Shown: piece after piece, positions 46,125 to 56,796 of the stretch | Position numbering within the stretch: the stretch's first letter is position 1 | Layout: every line of letters starts with the position of its first letter | NCBI GenBank assembly: GCA_964651595.1 | Contig: CAZYYJ010000015.1 | Location: 12,304-76,303, forward strand | From: an uncultured Pseudomonadales bacterium | GTDB taxonomy: Bacteria; Pseudomonadota; Gammaproteobacteria; Pseudomonadales; Azotimanducaceae | Length of the DNA: 64,000 nucleotides | Direction: 5' to 3' | Notes under the pieces: model-generated | Database searches by the model: none | Told to the model about the DNA's origin: nothing | The model's input: only the letters and a program-made list of their open reading frames with translations | Program-made: the position numbers and the translations under genes

Positions 46125-46161
46125 TGTAGTGGAGACTACAATAATCGTAGTGCTCACTACA
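46125..46161 (+). promoter_or_regulatory. twin palindromic operators (GTAGT-N4-ACTAC x2), probable TetR binding sites
   Basis: tGTAGTggagACTACa and cGTAGTgctcACTACa, 21 bp apart, in the divergent intergenic region upstream of the TetR gene. Confidence 0.4.
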
Positions 46162-46197
46162 ATCAAGCGGGAGGAGTTGTTAGAGTGACAGGCAACC

Positions 46198-46734
46198 ATG
46201 GGCCATAAATACACCAAGACCGAGTTGCTCGAAGGTGCCCTTGCCGTTGCCCGCGAGCAGGGTCTCAGCCAGCTCAGCTTCGGTCGCGTCGCTAAACATC
46301 TCGGCACCAGCGACCGCGTCATCGTTTACTACTTCCCCAGGAAGGAAGATCTGTACGTCGAAGTAATCCAGGCCCTCGGGCAGGAGCTGCAGACCCGCCT
46401 GGCAGCCGCCGTGCCGGCTGCGCCCGGTGATCATCGCGAGCTCTGCCGGGCGGCGTGGCCGGTGCTTGCCCATCCCGACGCCGATCGCGCCTTCGGGCTG
46501 TTCTTCGAAGCCAACGGCCTGGCTGCGTCGGGTGTCAGCCCGTTCGACCAACTCGTGCCCACCCTGGTCACCGCGTGGATCGACTGGGTGGCGGCGCTAC
46601 TGCCGGGAACGACAGCACACCGGCGCCGCGAAGCCGAGCTGACGGTAGCGCTGCTCGACGGGCTGCTCCTCTTCCGCCAGACCGCGGGGGCTGCCGCCGC
46701 CAACCGCGTTGCGCGTTCGCTGGGCATCCTTTGA
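46198..46734 (+). CDS. TetR-family transcriptional regulator
   Basis: HTH LAVAREQGLSQLSFGRVAKHLGTSDRVIVYYF. Confidence 0.85.
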   Translation: MGHKYTKTELLEGALAVAREQGLSQLSFGRVAKHLGTSDRVIVYYFPRKEDLYVEVIQALGQELQTRLAAAVPAAPGDHRELCRAAWPVLAHPDADRAFGLFFEANGLAASGVSPFDQLVPTLVTAWIDWVAALLPGTTAHRRREAELTVALLDGLLLFRQTAGAAAANRVARSLGIL

Positions 46735-46759
46735 CGGCGGGCTGCGGTAAGCTCTCGTC

Positions 46760-47707
46760 ATGAAAACCCTCCTCATCGTTCTGGCCATCGTGCTGGTGCT
46801 GGGCGTCGTGGCCGTCGACCAGCGCCACTACCTCCTGTACCAGTCCATGAGGCTCGGAGGTGGTGCTCCGCCGGCGCTGCTGGACGCGGGACAGGAGTTG
46901 TCCAGCACAGTCTGGTTCGACGACTACTACACCATCGACCGGCTCGCGCCGGATACCTACGCCATCGGCGAACCGCGTTATGCCCAGCAGAACATCAACT
47001 ATCTCATCGTGGGTACGGAGCGGGCCCTGCTTTTCGATGCCGGGCCCGGGGTAAGAGACATCACGCCGGTGGTTGAGTCGCTCACGACGCTGCCGGTCGT
47101 GTTCCTGCCCTCACATTTTCACTACGACCATGTGGGCAACGGTGTCGAGTTTGCACAGCGTGCCGTGGTGGACCTGCCTTATCTGCGGGACCGCGCTGAG
47201 GGTAACCAGCTGGCATTCACGGATATGGAGCACCTCGGCCCCGTGGAGGGCTTTGCGGTGCCCACGTGGCGTGTGGATCACTGGTGGGCGCCGGGCATGC
47301 CCATCAGCCTGGGCGGCCGGGAGGTGACGATTGTGCATACCCCCGGGCACTCCCCCGAGTCTATCTCCCTCTATGACGTGGCCAACAACGCCATCTACGC
47401 GGGCGACTATCTCTACGAAGGCCCGCTCTATGCCTTTGTGCCCGGCGCCAGCGTGCAGGATTACCTGACAACGGCGCAGAAGCTCCTGAAAACCTATGCC
47501 CAGACGGAGGTGTACTACGGCGCGCACCGCATGGGACCCCCGGGGCCGCCCACCTTGAGCCGCCAGGATGTCGTGGATCTCGAGCGCACGCTGCTGGCCA
47601 TGCGAGCCGGTTCCCTGACAGGCTCGGGCACATGGCCGGTGAGCTTCGTCGTCAACGATCGCATCACACTGCTTGCGGATCCGGCGCTGCTCCAGGACTG
47701 GGATTGA
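46760..47707 (+). CDS. MBL-fold metallo-hydrolase
   Basis: HxHxDH motif (SHFHYDHVGN) and downstream HTPGHSPES. Confidence 0.8.
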   Translation: MKTLLIVLAIVLVLGVVAVDQRHYLLYQSMRLGGGAPPALLDAGQELSSTVWFDDYYTIDRLAPDTYAIGEPRYAQQNINYLIVGTERALLFDAGPGVRDITPVVESLTTLPVVFLPSHFHYDHVGNGVEFAQRAVVDLPYLRDRAEGNQLAFTDMEHLGPVEGFAVPTWRVDHWWAPGMPISLGGREVTIVHTPGHSPESISLYDVANNAIYAGDYLYEGPLYAFVPGASVQDYLTTAQKLLKTYAQTEVYYGAHRMGPPGPPTLSRQDVVDLERTLLAMRAGSLTGSGTWPVSFVVNDRITLLADPALLQDWD

Positions 47708-47800
47708 CGCGCGCCGGCCCCTGATCACCAGCTCGGACAGGTCCCGGGTGCGTCGAAAATCCGGTCCGGGCCAGCCCCGGACCGGCAACGCTCAAACCGC

Positions 47801-49147
47801 CTACAACAGATTCTTGATGTCGCTCGAGAACGTGGGAAAGGCGAACATCGAGTTTTTCAGAGCAGTTGCGGTAATGCCGTGCTGCATGGCGAGGCTGAAG
47901 GTGTGGATCAGCTCTTCGCCGCGATGGCCCACGAGGTGCGCGCCCAGAAGCTGGTCGGTGTCCTCGTCGATCAGCACCTTCGCCCAGGCGACAGGCTCTG
48001 CATAGCTCTTGCCCGAGAACCACTCACGCATGTCGTTGGTGCTCACGCGCACGCGAAGACCACCGGCACGCGCATCAGCTTCTGTGAGGCCCACCGTCGC
48101 CAGTGCAGGAATGGTGTACACAGCGCTGGGTATCACCCGGTAGTCCGGACTTTCGGCAGGTCCCGCAACGATGTTCTCGCCCACGATGCGGCCCTCGTAG
48201 GTTGCCAGCGGCGAGAGCTGGGCAGAGTACACCAGCGCATCCCCCGCTACCCACACATGCGGGTTCGAGCGGGCGCGCAGATGCTCGTCCACGTCGATGC
48301 GTACGCCGTCGTGGACGATGCCGGCAGCGTCTAGGTCGAGCGTATCCACGTTGGCAACACGCCCGGCACCGTTCACGACCCGGTCCGCGCGAACCACGTG
48401 GGTCCTGTCACCCAGGCGATAGCTCACCGCAAATTCACCGTCGACCGCCTCGATCGCGTCCACGGTCACTTCGGTGTGCACGGTGGCGCCGAGACGTTCC
48501 GTATCTTCGCGCAGCACAGCCACCGCGTCGGCTTCCAGCCGGGGCAGAAGCCGAGGCATGGCCTCCAGAATGGTCACTTCACTGCCCGCGCGCAGAAACA
48601 CGTGGCCGAACTCCAGGGCAATCACGCCGCCGCCGATGAACACCACACGCTCGGGGCGGGTGGGGTCGGACAGCAGCTCGTCTGACGTCACGAGGTGCTC
48701 GGCGCCGGGTATGGGCAGTGGTCGCGGTTTCGATCCGGTGGCGATCACGATGTGCCCTGCCTCCAGACGCTCACCGTTTACTTCCACGGCGTTCCTGCCG
48801 ACGAAGCGGGCGGTTCCTTCGTAGACGTCACCGCGTTTTTCGGCGACGCCTTTCATGGCGTCGGGAATGAACGACACCATTGCCTGCTCGCGGCGGATCA
48901 ACGCCGACCAGTCGAGCTCGGCGCCGTCCACGTGAATGCCGTGGGCCGATGCGCGTGCGATCTCGTCGAGACTGTGGGCAGCCGCCACCAGCACTTTCTT
49001 GGGCGTGCAGCCGCGGTTGGGGCACGTGCCGCCGAAATCCCGGGCCTCGATGAACGCGACGGATTTTCCGGCTTCCTGCACCACGCTGGATACGGCGAAA
49101 CCGGCGTTGCCGCCGCCGATGATGATGACGTCGTAGAAATGGGTCAT
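47801..49147 (-). CDS. class I FAD-dependent pyridine-nucleotide-disulfide oxidoreductase
   Basis: FAD motif GGGNAGF, redox-active GGTCPNRGCTPKK, second Rossmann GGGVIALE, C-terminal dimerisation HP...E motif. Not called MerA, because it lacks both NmerA and the C-terminal CC pair. Confidence 0.85.
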   Translation of the reverse strand: MTHFYDVIIIGGGNAGFAVSSVVQEAGKSVAFIEARDFGGTCPNRGCTPKKVLVAAAHSLDEIARASAHGIHVDGAELDWSALIRREQAMVSFIPDAMKGVAEKRGDVYEGTARFVGRNAVEVNGERLEAGHIVIATGSKPRPLPIPGAEHLVTSDELLSDPTRPERVVFIGGGVIALEFGHVFLRAGSEVTILEAMPRLLPRLEADAVAVLREDTERLGATVHTEVTVDAIEAVDGEFAVSYRLGDRTHVVRADRVVNGAGRVANVDTLDLDAAGIVHDGVRIDVDEHLRARSNPHVWVAGDALVYSAQLSPLATYEGRIVGENIVAGPAESPDYRVIPSAVYTIPALATVGLTEADARAGGLRVRVSTNDMREWFSGKSYAEPVAWAKVLIDEDTDQLLGAHLVGHRGEELIHTFSLAMQHGITATALKNSMFAFPTFSSDIKNLL

Positions 49148-49173
49148 GGTTTTTCTCCTCGATGTGAAGCTGG

Positions 49174-49443
49174 TTAACGAACCGCCGTGCTGGCGCGGCC
49201 CAGCAGGGTGTCCAGCGCGCCGGTCTGAGCCAGAGCGGCAAGCTCGTCCGATCCGCCGAGCGATATGCCGTTGGCGAACACCTGCGGCACCGTGAACGCG
49301 CCGGAACGGGCGCGCATTTCAGCCTGGCCGGCGGGATCCCGGGTGACGTCGTACTCGACGTATGCGATGTCGTGGGCGTCCAGCAGCGCCTTGGCGCGGT
49401 GGCAATAGGGGCAATAGTCTTTCGTGTAAATCTCGACGGTCAT
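49174..49443 (-). CDS. glutaredoxin
   Basis: CPYC active site and TVPQVF...GG glutathione-binding motifs; 89 aa. Confidence 0.85.
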   Translation of the reverse strand: MTVEIYTKDYCPYCHRAKALLDAHDIAYVEYDVTRDPAGQAEMRARSGAFTVPQVFANGISLGGSDELAALAQTGALDTLLGRASTAVR

Positions 49444-49568
49444 GGCTGTGCTTCCGCGGTTGTTGTCTGTACGGTGCGCAGTTTGTGCGGCATTTGATGG
49501 CGTTTGTATGCCATAAATGCCGTAAAATATGTCTGAACGTCCGGACTACACGCCATGAGAGATTGACC

Positions 49569-50447
49569 ATGGATTGTCTCAGCACCGTCATTACGCAGAT
49601 GCGCCTCTCCGCCGGGGTGTTCGTCCACGCCCGCTTCTGTGGCCGTTGGGCGGTGGACACGTCGGGGCAGCGCATGGCGACTTTTCACCTCATCGAGCAC
49701 GGTGCGTGCTGGCTGCATGTGCCCGGAGAAACACCGCGCCCCCTTGCCGCGGGTGATCTGGTGGTGTTTCCCCGCGACGGCGCGCACGTGGTCAGCGACG
49801 CGGCCGAAAGGCCGGCTGATGTCGACATCAACGCCACACCCATGGCCGGCCCGGGGGAGACACCGGACAGCGCCATGCTGTGCGGATACTTCGAGTTTCA
49901 GGGCGCTGCGCTGGTGCCGTTGCTGCATGGCCTGCCGGATGCCATTGTCATCAGCGTTGACAACCCCTACACACAACCGCTCATACAGCTGCTGATGCGC
50001 GAACTGGCGGACGACGCGCCCGGCGCGGAAGCGGTCATCGAGTTCTACGCCCATGCGCTGTTTGTGCAGACCCTGCGGGCCGTAGGCGACGGCCGCCTGG
50101 ATCAGGGTCTGGTGGCCGCCTTGCGGGATCCGGCGCTGGCCCGGGCCCTGGCAGCCATTCACAGCACTCCCGGCGAACGCTGGACGCTGACGCGCCTCGC
50201 AGCGCTGGCCCACCTTGGTCGCACCGCGTTCGCTGAGCGCTTTCGTCGCTTCGTGGGAGTGCCACCCATGCGTTATCTGCAGCGATGGCGCCTGCAGCTG
50301 GCCGCAGAGCAACTGAAATCCACGCGCAGGTCCATGGCGGCCATTGCCGAAGAGGTCGGTTACGCATCAGAGGTTGCGTTCCGCAAGGCGTTCAAGCGCG
50401 AAATGGACATCGCCCCGGGCCGGCTCAGACGCGAATCTGCTGCCTGA
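49569..50447 (+). CDS. AraC-family transcriptional regulator with N-terminal cupin domain
   Basis: C-terminal double HTH (AraC signature region). Start at MDCLSTVI, within the longer ORF that begins at 49362. Confidence 0.8.
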   Translation: MDCLSTVITQMRLSAGVFVHARFCGRWAVDTSGQRMATFHLIEHGACWLHVPGETPRPLAAGDLVVFPRDGAHVVSDAAERPADVDINATPMAGPGETPDSAMLCGYFEFQGAALVPLLHGLPDAIVISVDNPYTQPLIQLLMRELADDAPGAEAVIEFYAHALFVQTLRAVGDGRLDQGLVAALRDPALARALAAIHSTPGERWTLTRLAALAHLGRTAFAERFRRFVGVPPMRYLQRWRLQLAAEQLKSTRRSMAAIAEEVGYASEVAFRKAFKREMDIAPGRLRRESAA

Positions 50448-50483
50448 GGTATGCTTCGCTACTCACCACGAAGGAACGTTGTC

Positions 50484-50909
50484 ATGAGAAAGGTTGTCGT
50501 CGTATTGCTGCTGGTTTGCGGTGCAAGTGCAGGCGCCTGGGCAGACGGCTACCCCAAGCCGGGTTTGTACAAGGTCACCGCGGAGTTGTCTTCAAAGCAG
50601 TTGCCCATGACCCGCACCCACGAGATGGAAGAGTGTCTGTCAGAGAACGAGTTTCTCAACGACCCGGCAAGCTGGGCGTCCAAGCAACCGGGACAGGAAT
50701 GTAAAGCCATCCGGGCGGACGTCGGCGGAGGCAAAGTGGACATCGAGCTCGAGTGTGTTCTGGATGACGGCGGTAAGGCGCGCATGGTAGGCACCGGCAC
50801 GTACACCAGCGACAGCTACCAGATGACCAACGTCATGCGCGTTCAGGCCCATGGCATGGACGTGGAAATGAACACGAACATGAAAGCCGTTTACGCCGGC
50901 GACTGCTGA
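50484..50909 (+). CDS. hypothetical periplasmic protein (DUF3617-like)
   Basis: Signal peptide MRKVVVVLLLVCGASAGAWA. ~140 aa. Confidence 0.45.
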   Translation: MRKVVVVLLLVCGASAGAWADGYPKPGLYKVTAELSSKQLPMTRTHEMEECLSENEFLNDPASWASKQPGQECKAIRADVGGGKVDIELECVLDDGGKARMVGTGTYTSDSYQMTNVMRVQAHGMDVEMNTNMKAVYAGDC

Positions 50910-50916
50910 AGCGCTG

Positions 50917-51768
50917 GTGGCCCTGATCCGATTCGTACCGGTCCGACTGGCACCGGTCCTGCTGGCCCTGCTGCTGGCTGGCTGCGGCGGATCCAGCGAT
51001 TGCCCGAAAGTGGTGGTGCTGACGGGCTACTGGCCCAACACCAACGAGATGCTGCGGCGCTGGAGCACGGATCCGGCGCAGAATCCCCAGGGCTGGGCGG
51101 GCGCAGACTGGGGTGGCTATGGCTACGACGTGCATGCGTTCTTTCCCGAGTTTCCTCCGGATGGCGACCCCATGAACGATCCCTTCGGCTCTGATGGCTG
51201 GGTGGGTGCACCGGCGTCCGATCTGAAGGTGGATTTCCAGGACACCAGCGCCGATTTCTGGCGCATCATGGACACCCTCCAGCCGCACATTCTCATCACC
51301 ACCAGTCGTGGCGGCGAGATCGGCTGGGAGGTGGAAGCGCTAGAAGGCGGGCACTTCGGCGGCACGGACGATCCCGCTGAAGACTGGGCTGGCGACCGGC
51401 ACGGTGCGGAGACACTGCCAACGCGCACGAGCATCGACCACCGCAGCTGGGAGGCGATCAGTACCTATCGCGACGGCCGGCGGCTGCCCAGCCGGTTGCC
51501 CATGGACGCCATCGTAGCGGCAACCGAAGCGCTGGGCCTGGTCGACGTGGCAATCGATCACACGGGCACCAGCGGCAACTACCTGTCCGGATTCATGGGT
51601 CTGCACGGGTTGTACTTCAACCAGATCACGCCCCACAACGTAGCGGCCGGGCACATTCACGTGGGTGTCGACGTTACTATCGCGGACGCCGAACGGCTCA
51701 TGACGGCCACCCTTGCTGCCGTGCTGGCCCGCTTCGACGCCCGCGACCTGACCTGCCCGGAAAGCTAG
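50917..51768 (+). CDS. hypothetical lipoprotein
   Basis: Lipobox LLLAGCGG after a hydrophobic leader. Confidence 0.55.
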   Translation: MALIRFVPVRLAPVLLALLLAGCGGSSDCPKVVVLTGYWPNTNEMLRRWSTDPAQNPQGWAGADWGGYGYDVHAFFPEFPPDGDPMNDPFGSDGWVGAPASDLKVDFQDTSADFWRIMDTLQPHILITTSRGGEIGWEVEALEGGHFGGTDDPAEDWAGDRHGAETLPTRTSIDHRSWEAISTYRDGRRLPSRLPMDAIVAATEALGLVDVAIDHTGTSGNYLSGFMGLHGLYFNQITPHNVAAGHIHVGVDVTIADAERLMTATLAAVLARFDARDLTCPES

Positions 51769-51813
51769 GGTAGGCTGTCTGCGGTCACCACATACAACCA
51801 ACTGAAGGGGCTC

Positions 51814-52293
51814 ATGAGTAAATTCAAATTATCCGTTAACGGCGAGCAGCACGAGGTGGATGTGAATCCGCAGATGCCGCTCCTGTGGGTGCTGCGCGAC
51901 AAGCTGAAGCTCACTGGCAGCAAGTTCGGCTGCGGCATTGCCCAGTGCGGCGCCTGCACGGTGCACGTCGACGGCGTGCCTGTTCGCTCCTGCGTGCTGC
52001 CGGTAGCTGCCGTGAGCGGGGCTGTCACTACCATCGAGGGGTTGGCTGCGGGTGGCGACCTGCATCCGCTGCAGACCGCGTGGATCGAGAACGACGTGCC
52101 GCAATGTGGTTACTGTCAATCCGGGCAGATCATGAGCGCCGCGGCGCTGCTGGCCACCAATGCGGCGCCCAGTGACGACGAGATCGATCAGGCACTGGCA
52201 GGAAACTACTGCCGCTGTGGCACGTACGTTCGCATCCGCAAAGCGATCCACGCTGCCGCAGACGACATGGCCCAGACGGGAGGTCGCTCATGA
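51814..52293 (+). CDS. (2Fe-2S)-binding small subunit of a molybdopterin-dependent oxidoreductase (IorA/CoxS-like)
   Basis: Plant-type ferredoxin Cys cluster ([11 protein letters not shown]) and second cluster (CGYCQSG...CRCGTY). Confidence 0.9.
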   Translation: MSKFKLSVNGEQHEVDVNPQMPLLWVLRDKLKLTGSKFGCGIAQCGACTVHVDGVPVRSCVLPVAAVSGAVTTIEGLAAGGDLHPLQTAWIENDVPQCGYCQSGQIMSAAALLATNAAPSDDEIDQALAGNYCRCGTYVRIRKAIHAAADDMAQTGGRS

Positions 52294-54515
52294 ACGACAT
52301 ACGCCTGGATCGTCGCCGTTTTCTGAAAGTATCCGCGCTGGCGGGTGGCGGACTCATGCTGCAGATGACGTTGCCGGGTACGGCGGTCGGTGAGGAAGCG
52401 ACCACGCTGGTCCGCTCCAAGGAACTCAACGTGTTCGTGCAGATCGCGTCGGACGGTGAGATCACCATCTTTTCCAGCCTGCCGGAAATGGGCCAGGGCG
52501 TGAAGACCAGCCTGCCCATGATCATTGCCGAAGAAATGGGTGCCCGATGGGAAGATGTGACGGTGCTCGAGGCGCCGCTGGATCCCAAGTTCGGCCTGCA
52601 GGGCGCCGGCGGCTCCACGTCCATTCCCCGCGAGTTCAACGCCATGCGTCGCATGGGGGCATCCGCGCGCGAGATGCTGATCGGGGCGGCGTCGCTGCTG
52701 ATGGAAGTGGACCGGGAAGGCCTCGAGGCGCGGGACAGCAAGGTGGTGCACAGCTCCGGCGAGAGCCGCAGCTTCGGCCAGCTCGCGGCCCTGGCAGCTG
52801 AACAGCCCGTGCCGGAACCGGAGATGCTGTCGTACAAAGACCCGCGTTCGTACACCATCATCGGCACCTCGGTGGGCGGTGTCGATAACCTTGTCATCGC
52901 CACGGGCCTGTCGGACTTCGGCATCGATGTGGACGTACCGGGTATGCAGTACGCCACCTACACGCGCTGTCCGCGTGTGGGCGGCCGCGCCATCAGCTTC
53001 AACGAGGCGGAAATCAAGAAGCTGCCCGGCATCACCGATGCGTTTGTGCTGGCGCCCGATGAGCGTTCGGGGGAAGCCTCCATGCCGTTTCTGAAAGGGC
53101 TGGCCGTACTGCGCGGTGGTGTTGCCATCGTCGGCGAAGACACCTGGTCGGTCATGAACGCCAAAGCGCAGCTCGACGTGACATGGGACTACACCGGTGC
53201 GTCGGAAGACAGCTGGACCGGCATGGTGGCCGAGGCGAAGAAAATTGCCGCGGCGGGCGGGGGCGAAGTAACGGTGGATGGGCCGGTGGAGGCGGCCTTT
53301 GCCGATGACGCGAACCGGGTGCACGAGGCGTTCTACGATTTTCCCTACGTTGCTCACGTATGTATGGAACCCATGAACTGCACCGTGCACATCACGAAAG
53401 GGCAGCCGGATACCATGGAAATCTGGCTGGGCAGCCAGTTTCCAGGGCAGGTGAAAGAAATTGCCATGAACATGCTCGGCATCGAGCCTGGCAACGTCAC
53501 GGTGCATCCGCAGCGCCTGGGCGGCGGTTTCGGACGCCGGGCGGTGCACGACTTTGCGGCGGAAGCCATGGCCATCGCCCATCGGGTTGAGGTGCCGGTC
53601 AAGCTCACGTGGACGCGCCCGGACGACATTCACAACGACTTTTTCCGTGTCGGCGGCTTCGAGAACATGAAAGCGGCGGTGGACGGCGACGGCAAACTCG
53701 TCGCCTGGGACCAGCACTACATCGGCTTCGGCAATAACGGCCGGCCGGTGATCGGCTCCGGGCTGCGCGGTTACGAAATGCCCGCCGTCACCTCGAAGAA
53801 CGCGCGGGTGCGCCAGTCGCTGATGCCCGTGGCCACCCCGTGCGGAGCCTGGCGGGCTCCGGGATCCAACACCAACGCCTTCGTTGAACAGAGCTTCATT
53901 CACGAGCTGGCCGCGCTGGCCGGGCGGGACCACCTGGAATTTCTCCTCGAGATGCTGGGCGAGCCACGATGGATCAAGGAAGGCGACGTCAATGCGTTGA
54001 ACACGGGCCGAGCGGCCGACGTGCTGCGCCTCGTTGCCGACAAGGCGCAGTGGGGCAGAACCATGGCGCCGGGCAAGGGCATGGGGCTGGCGTTCTATTT
54101 CTGTCATGCGGCCCATGTGGCGGAAATTGCGGAAGTTACCGTGGATGCGCAGCGCAACTTCAGCGTCGACAAGGTCACCGTGGCGGTGGATGTGGGACCC
54201 ATCATCAATATGAGTGGCGCCCTCAACCAGGTGCAGGGCTCCATCGTCGATGGGCTCAGCACCATGGCGCTGCAACAGATCACCATGGAAGGCGGCGTCA
54301 TCCAGGAAGACAACTTCGATCAGTATCAGGTCATGCGAATCGCTGCCACGCCTGAGATCGACGTGCACTTCCTTCAGAGCGAAAACCCCTCCACGGGTCT
54401 GGGCGAGCCTGCGCTGCCTCCGCTGGCGCCGGCCGTGACCAACGCCATCTTTTCCGCCAGCGGCGAGCGGATTCGCTCCATGCCGTTGAGTGCGGCGGGC
54501 TTCAAGCTGGTTTAG
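52290..54515 (+). CDS. molybdopterin-binding large subunit of an aldehyde oxidase / xanthine dehydrogenase-family oxidoreductase (IorB-like)
   Basis: Tat signal [15 protein letters not shown]. Overlaps the small-subunit stop (ATGA). Large Moco-binding domain architecture. Confidence 0.88.
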   Translation: MNDIRLDRRRFLKVSALAGGGLMLQMTLPGTAVGEEATTLVRSKELNVFVQIASDGEITIFSSLPEMGQGVKTSLPMIIAEEMGARWEDVTVLEAPLDPKFGLQGAGGSTSIPREFNAMRRMGASAREMLIGAASLLMEVDREGLEARDSKVVHSSGESRSFGQLAALAAEQPVPEPEMLSYKDPRSYTIIGTSVGGVDNLVIATGLSDFGIDVDVPGMQYATYTRCPRVGGRAISFNEAEIKKLPGITDAFVLAPDERSGEASMPFLKGLAVLRGGVAIVGEDTWSVMNAKAQLDVTWDYTGASEDSWTGMVAEAKKIAAAGGGEVTVDGPVEAAFADDANRVHEAFYDFPYVAHVCMEPMNCTVHITKGQPDTMEIWLGSQFPGQVKEIAMNMLGIEPGNVTVHPQRLGGGFGRRAVHDFAAEAMAIAHRVEVPVKLTWTRPDDIHNDFFRVGGFENMKAAVDGDGKLVAWDQHYIGFGNNGRPVIGSGLRGYEMPAVTSKNARVRQSLMPVATPCGAWRAPGSNTNAFVEQSFIHELAALAGRDHLEFLLEMLGEPRWIKEGDVNALNTGRAADVLRLVADKAQWGRTMAPGKGMGLAFYFCHAAHVAEIAEVTVDAQRNFSVDKVTVAVDVGPIINMSGALNQVQGSIVDGLSTMALQQITMEGGVIQEDNFDQYQVMRIAATPEIDVHFLQSENPSTGLGEPALPPLAPAVTNAIFSASGERIRSMPLSAAGFKLV

Positions 54516-54564
54516 CCCGCCGGGCGTTCGCGACCCTGCCGCAGGGCAGGGTCGAGCGCCAGGG

Positions 54565-55335
54565 CTAGCCGCGGTTGAAGCGGTCCCGGGCAGAGCGGGC
54601 GTCGTTGGTACCCGCGGTGAGCTGGCTCTGATCGGCGTCCGCAAAGCTCACGGCGCGGTTGAGCGCCGTCGCCGTGGCATTGACGGCTTCCTTGATCATC
54701 GTCACGGCCACGGGCGGCATCTCCGCGGCGGCTCCCGCGAGCGCCAGCGCTGCTTCCAATGCCTCTCCATCGGGGGCGATCTCTTCCACCAGCCCCCAGT
54801 TCAACGCGGTGGCTGCGTCCATCTTTTCGCACAGAATGCAGATGCGTTTGGCCCGGGCGGGGCCAACGAGGTTCACCAGGCGGGGCAGCGCTCCCCACTG
54901 CAGATTCAGGCCGATTTTGGCCTCTGGCACGTAGAGGTAGCAGCTCTCACCCATTACCCGCCAGTCACATGCCAGCGGCAGGGCCACGCCTGCGCCGACG
55001 GCGAGCCGTTCCATGGCGGCGACGGTGATCTGAGGCATGGCTTCCCAGGCCTCGCATAGACGCACGCCCCGGAAGTACACCTGGCGTTTCTCCATGTCGG
55101 ACGACTCCGTGGCGTTGCGGGCTGCCAGGTCCTCGATATCGGCTCCGGCGGAAAAATAATTCCTGGAGCCGGTCAGAACGACCGCGCGGGTGTCCAGATC
55201 GTCGTGGAAAGATCGGGCCACATCGGTGAGCTCGAGGATGAGCTTGCCGTCAAAGGCGTTCAGGTTTTTGTGACGGTCGAAGGTGACGGTGGCGATGGGG
55301 CCGTCGCGTTCGACGGTGCAGTAATCGTAGGTCAT
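54565..55335 (-). CDS. enoyl-CoA hydratase/isomerase family protein
   Basis: Crotonase motifs (FSAGADI, AVGAGVALPLACD). Confidence 0.85.
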   Translation of the reverse strand: MTYDYCTVERDGPIATVTFDRHKNLNAFDGKLILELTDVARSFHDDLDTRAVVLTGSRNYFSAGADIEDLAARNATESSDMEKRQVYFRGVRLCEAWEAMPQITVAAMERLAVGAGVALPLACDWRVMGESCYLYVPEAKIGLNLQWGALPRLVNLVGPARAKRICILCEKMDAATALNWGLVEEIAPDGEALEAALALAGAAAEMPPVAVTMIKEAVNATATALNRAVSFADADQSQLTAGTNDARSARDRFNRG

Positions 55336-55438
55336 GCAATTTCCGGTGTTCCAGGTGGCTCGGCGAGTTTGCCCTCACGCGCTTGATGGCGTCTACTCAG
55401 GTGTAGCTGCACAACAATCCACAGAGGGGAGTGATGCC

Positions 55439-55819
55439 ATGCCGCAATACCTACTCATTGGTCTCTGCGAACCCAAAAGCGACGAGGGCCAGGCTGCCTT
55501 CGACGAATGGTTCATCGACCAGCACATCGAGGACACGACGCACTGCCCGAACTTCATTCGTGGCCGGGTCTACGAACTGAAAGGGCCGCACCTCGAGATT
55601 CCCACCGTGTCCCGTTACATCTCGGTGTACGAGGTGGAAGCCGAGAGTTACGAGGAGGCGGAGCGCGTGTTGAACGAGTGGCAGGCGAATCCGGACGCGT
55701 GGTCCGGGCGCAGGCACCACAGCGAGACCGGCGACCGCCTGGGCGGCATTCCCATGAACATCGGGGGTTCCGGATGGTATGAGCTGCTGCGCTCCTACGA
55801 CGGTCCGGCTGCTGGCTGA
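55439..55819 (+). CDS. hypothetical protein
   Basis: ATG with AGGGGAG Shine-Dalgarno inside the 55334 ORF. ~126 aa, no known motif. Confidence 0.4.
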   Translation: MPQYLLIGLCEPKSDEGQAAFDEWFIDQHIEDTTHCPNFIRGRVYELKGPHLEIPTVSRYISVYEVEAESYEEAERVLNEWQANPDAWSGRRHHSETGDRLGGIPMNIGGSGWYELLRSYDGPAAG

Positions 55820-55823
55820 GCCG

Positions 55824-56663
55824 CTACAGCAGTTCTGCAGCCATGGCGTCGAGCGCGCTCAGCACGTTGTCCTCGTCGTAAAACCCGAGCATGGGAATCA
55901 CCCGGGATACGCCCAGGGCCGCATAGTCTTCCAGCATGGCTCTGGTCGGTGGTTTGGGCGGCGTGATCGACAGCTCGAGAGCGCCGAGGTCAGCCGGTCG
56001 CTCGAAGCGCGCTTGTGCCAGGGTCAGCCCCTCCACCGCTTTCGCGGTGGCGGTCACGTCCATGGCGAAGCCGTACCAGCCATGGCCGTGCGTCACAGCG
56101 CGGCGCATGGCGGCCGGGCTGGCGCCACCGATGATCAACGGTGGGCCCTCGGGACGCGTGGGTCGGGGCTGGGCCTGGATATTGTCAAAATTCACGTAGC
56201 GGCCACTGAACGTGGGTTTCGGCTCGCGCCACAGCACGCGCATGGCGTCGATGTACTCGTCCGTGCGCGGACCCCGGGAGGCGAAATCTACGCCAAGGGC
56301 GGCAAACTCCTGGTGTAGATAGCCCGCGCCGATGCCGAACAGGAGCCTGCCGTCGCACAGCACGTCGAGCGAGCCGATCTCCTTGGCGAGGACCACCGGG
56401 TTGCGCTGCGCGATGAGCGTGATGCCGGTCCCCAGCTTCAACGTGGTCGTGGCTGACGCCAGATAGGCGAGCAGCGCCGGCGGATGCAGCATGGGGGTCT
56501 CGGGCGGGGCGGGGGAAGGAGCCTCGCGCGGGTCGGGCAGCACCACGTGCTCCCCGGTCCATACGCTCTCGAACCCCAGCGTTTCCGCGTGCTGAGCTAC
56601 TTTCATAGCCCAGGCCGGCTGGGCCATGAAATTCATGTTGATACCAAAGAGCCCGATGTGCAT
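55824..56663 (-). CDS. LLM-class (luciferase-like) flavin-dependent oxidoreductase
   Basis: TIM-barrel LLM signature regions (WTGEHV, FGIGAGY). Confidence 0.85.
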   Translation of the reverse strand: MHIGLFGINMNFMAQPAWAMKVAQHAETLGFESVWTGEHVVLPDPREAPSPAPPETPMLHPPALLAYLASATTTLKLGTGITLIAQRNPVVLAKEIGSLDVLCDGRLLFGIGAGYLHQEFAALGVDFASRGPRTDEYIDAMRVLWREPKPTFSGRYVNFDNIQAQPRPTRPEGPPLIIGGASPAAMRRAVTHGHGWYGFAMDVTATAKAVEGLTLAQARFERPADLGALELSITPPKPPTRAMLEDYAALGVSRVIPMLGFYDEDNVLSALDAMAAELL

Positions 56664-56796
56664 GGCTTCTCTCCCCGTGATTCGCTGCGATGCGCACGGA
56701 ACATACCATCGAACGCACCGGCTGTGTGCCCGATGGCCGCCAGCTTGTTCGCGCGCAGCCTCTCGCGCACAATCGGGTGGCTGTCAGGGGAGAGAC

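Noticed and set aside
47801-49147. Mercuric reductase MerA identity, given nearby merT/merP-like genes
   Set aside because: Lacks the NmerA domain and the C-terminal vicinal Cys pair, and is 4 kb away on an unrelated transcription unit.
52206-54644. 812-aa minus-strand ORF
   Set aside because: Antisense to the molybdopterin oxidoreductase large subunit, which has a Tat signal and conserved architecture.
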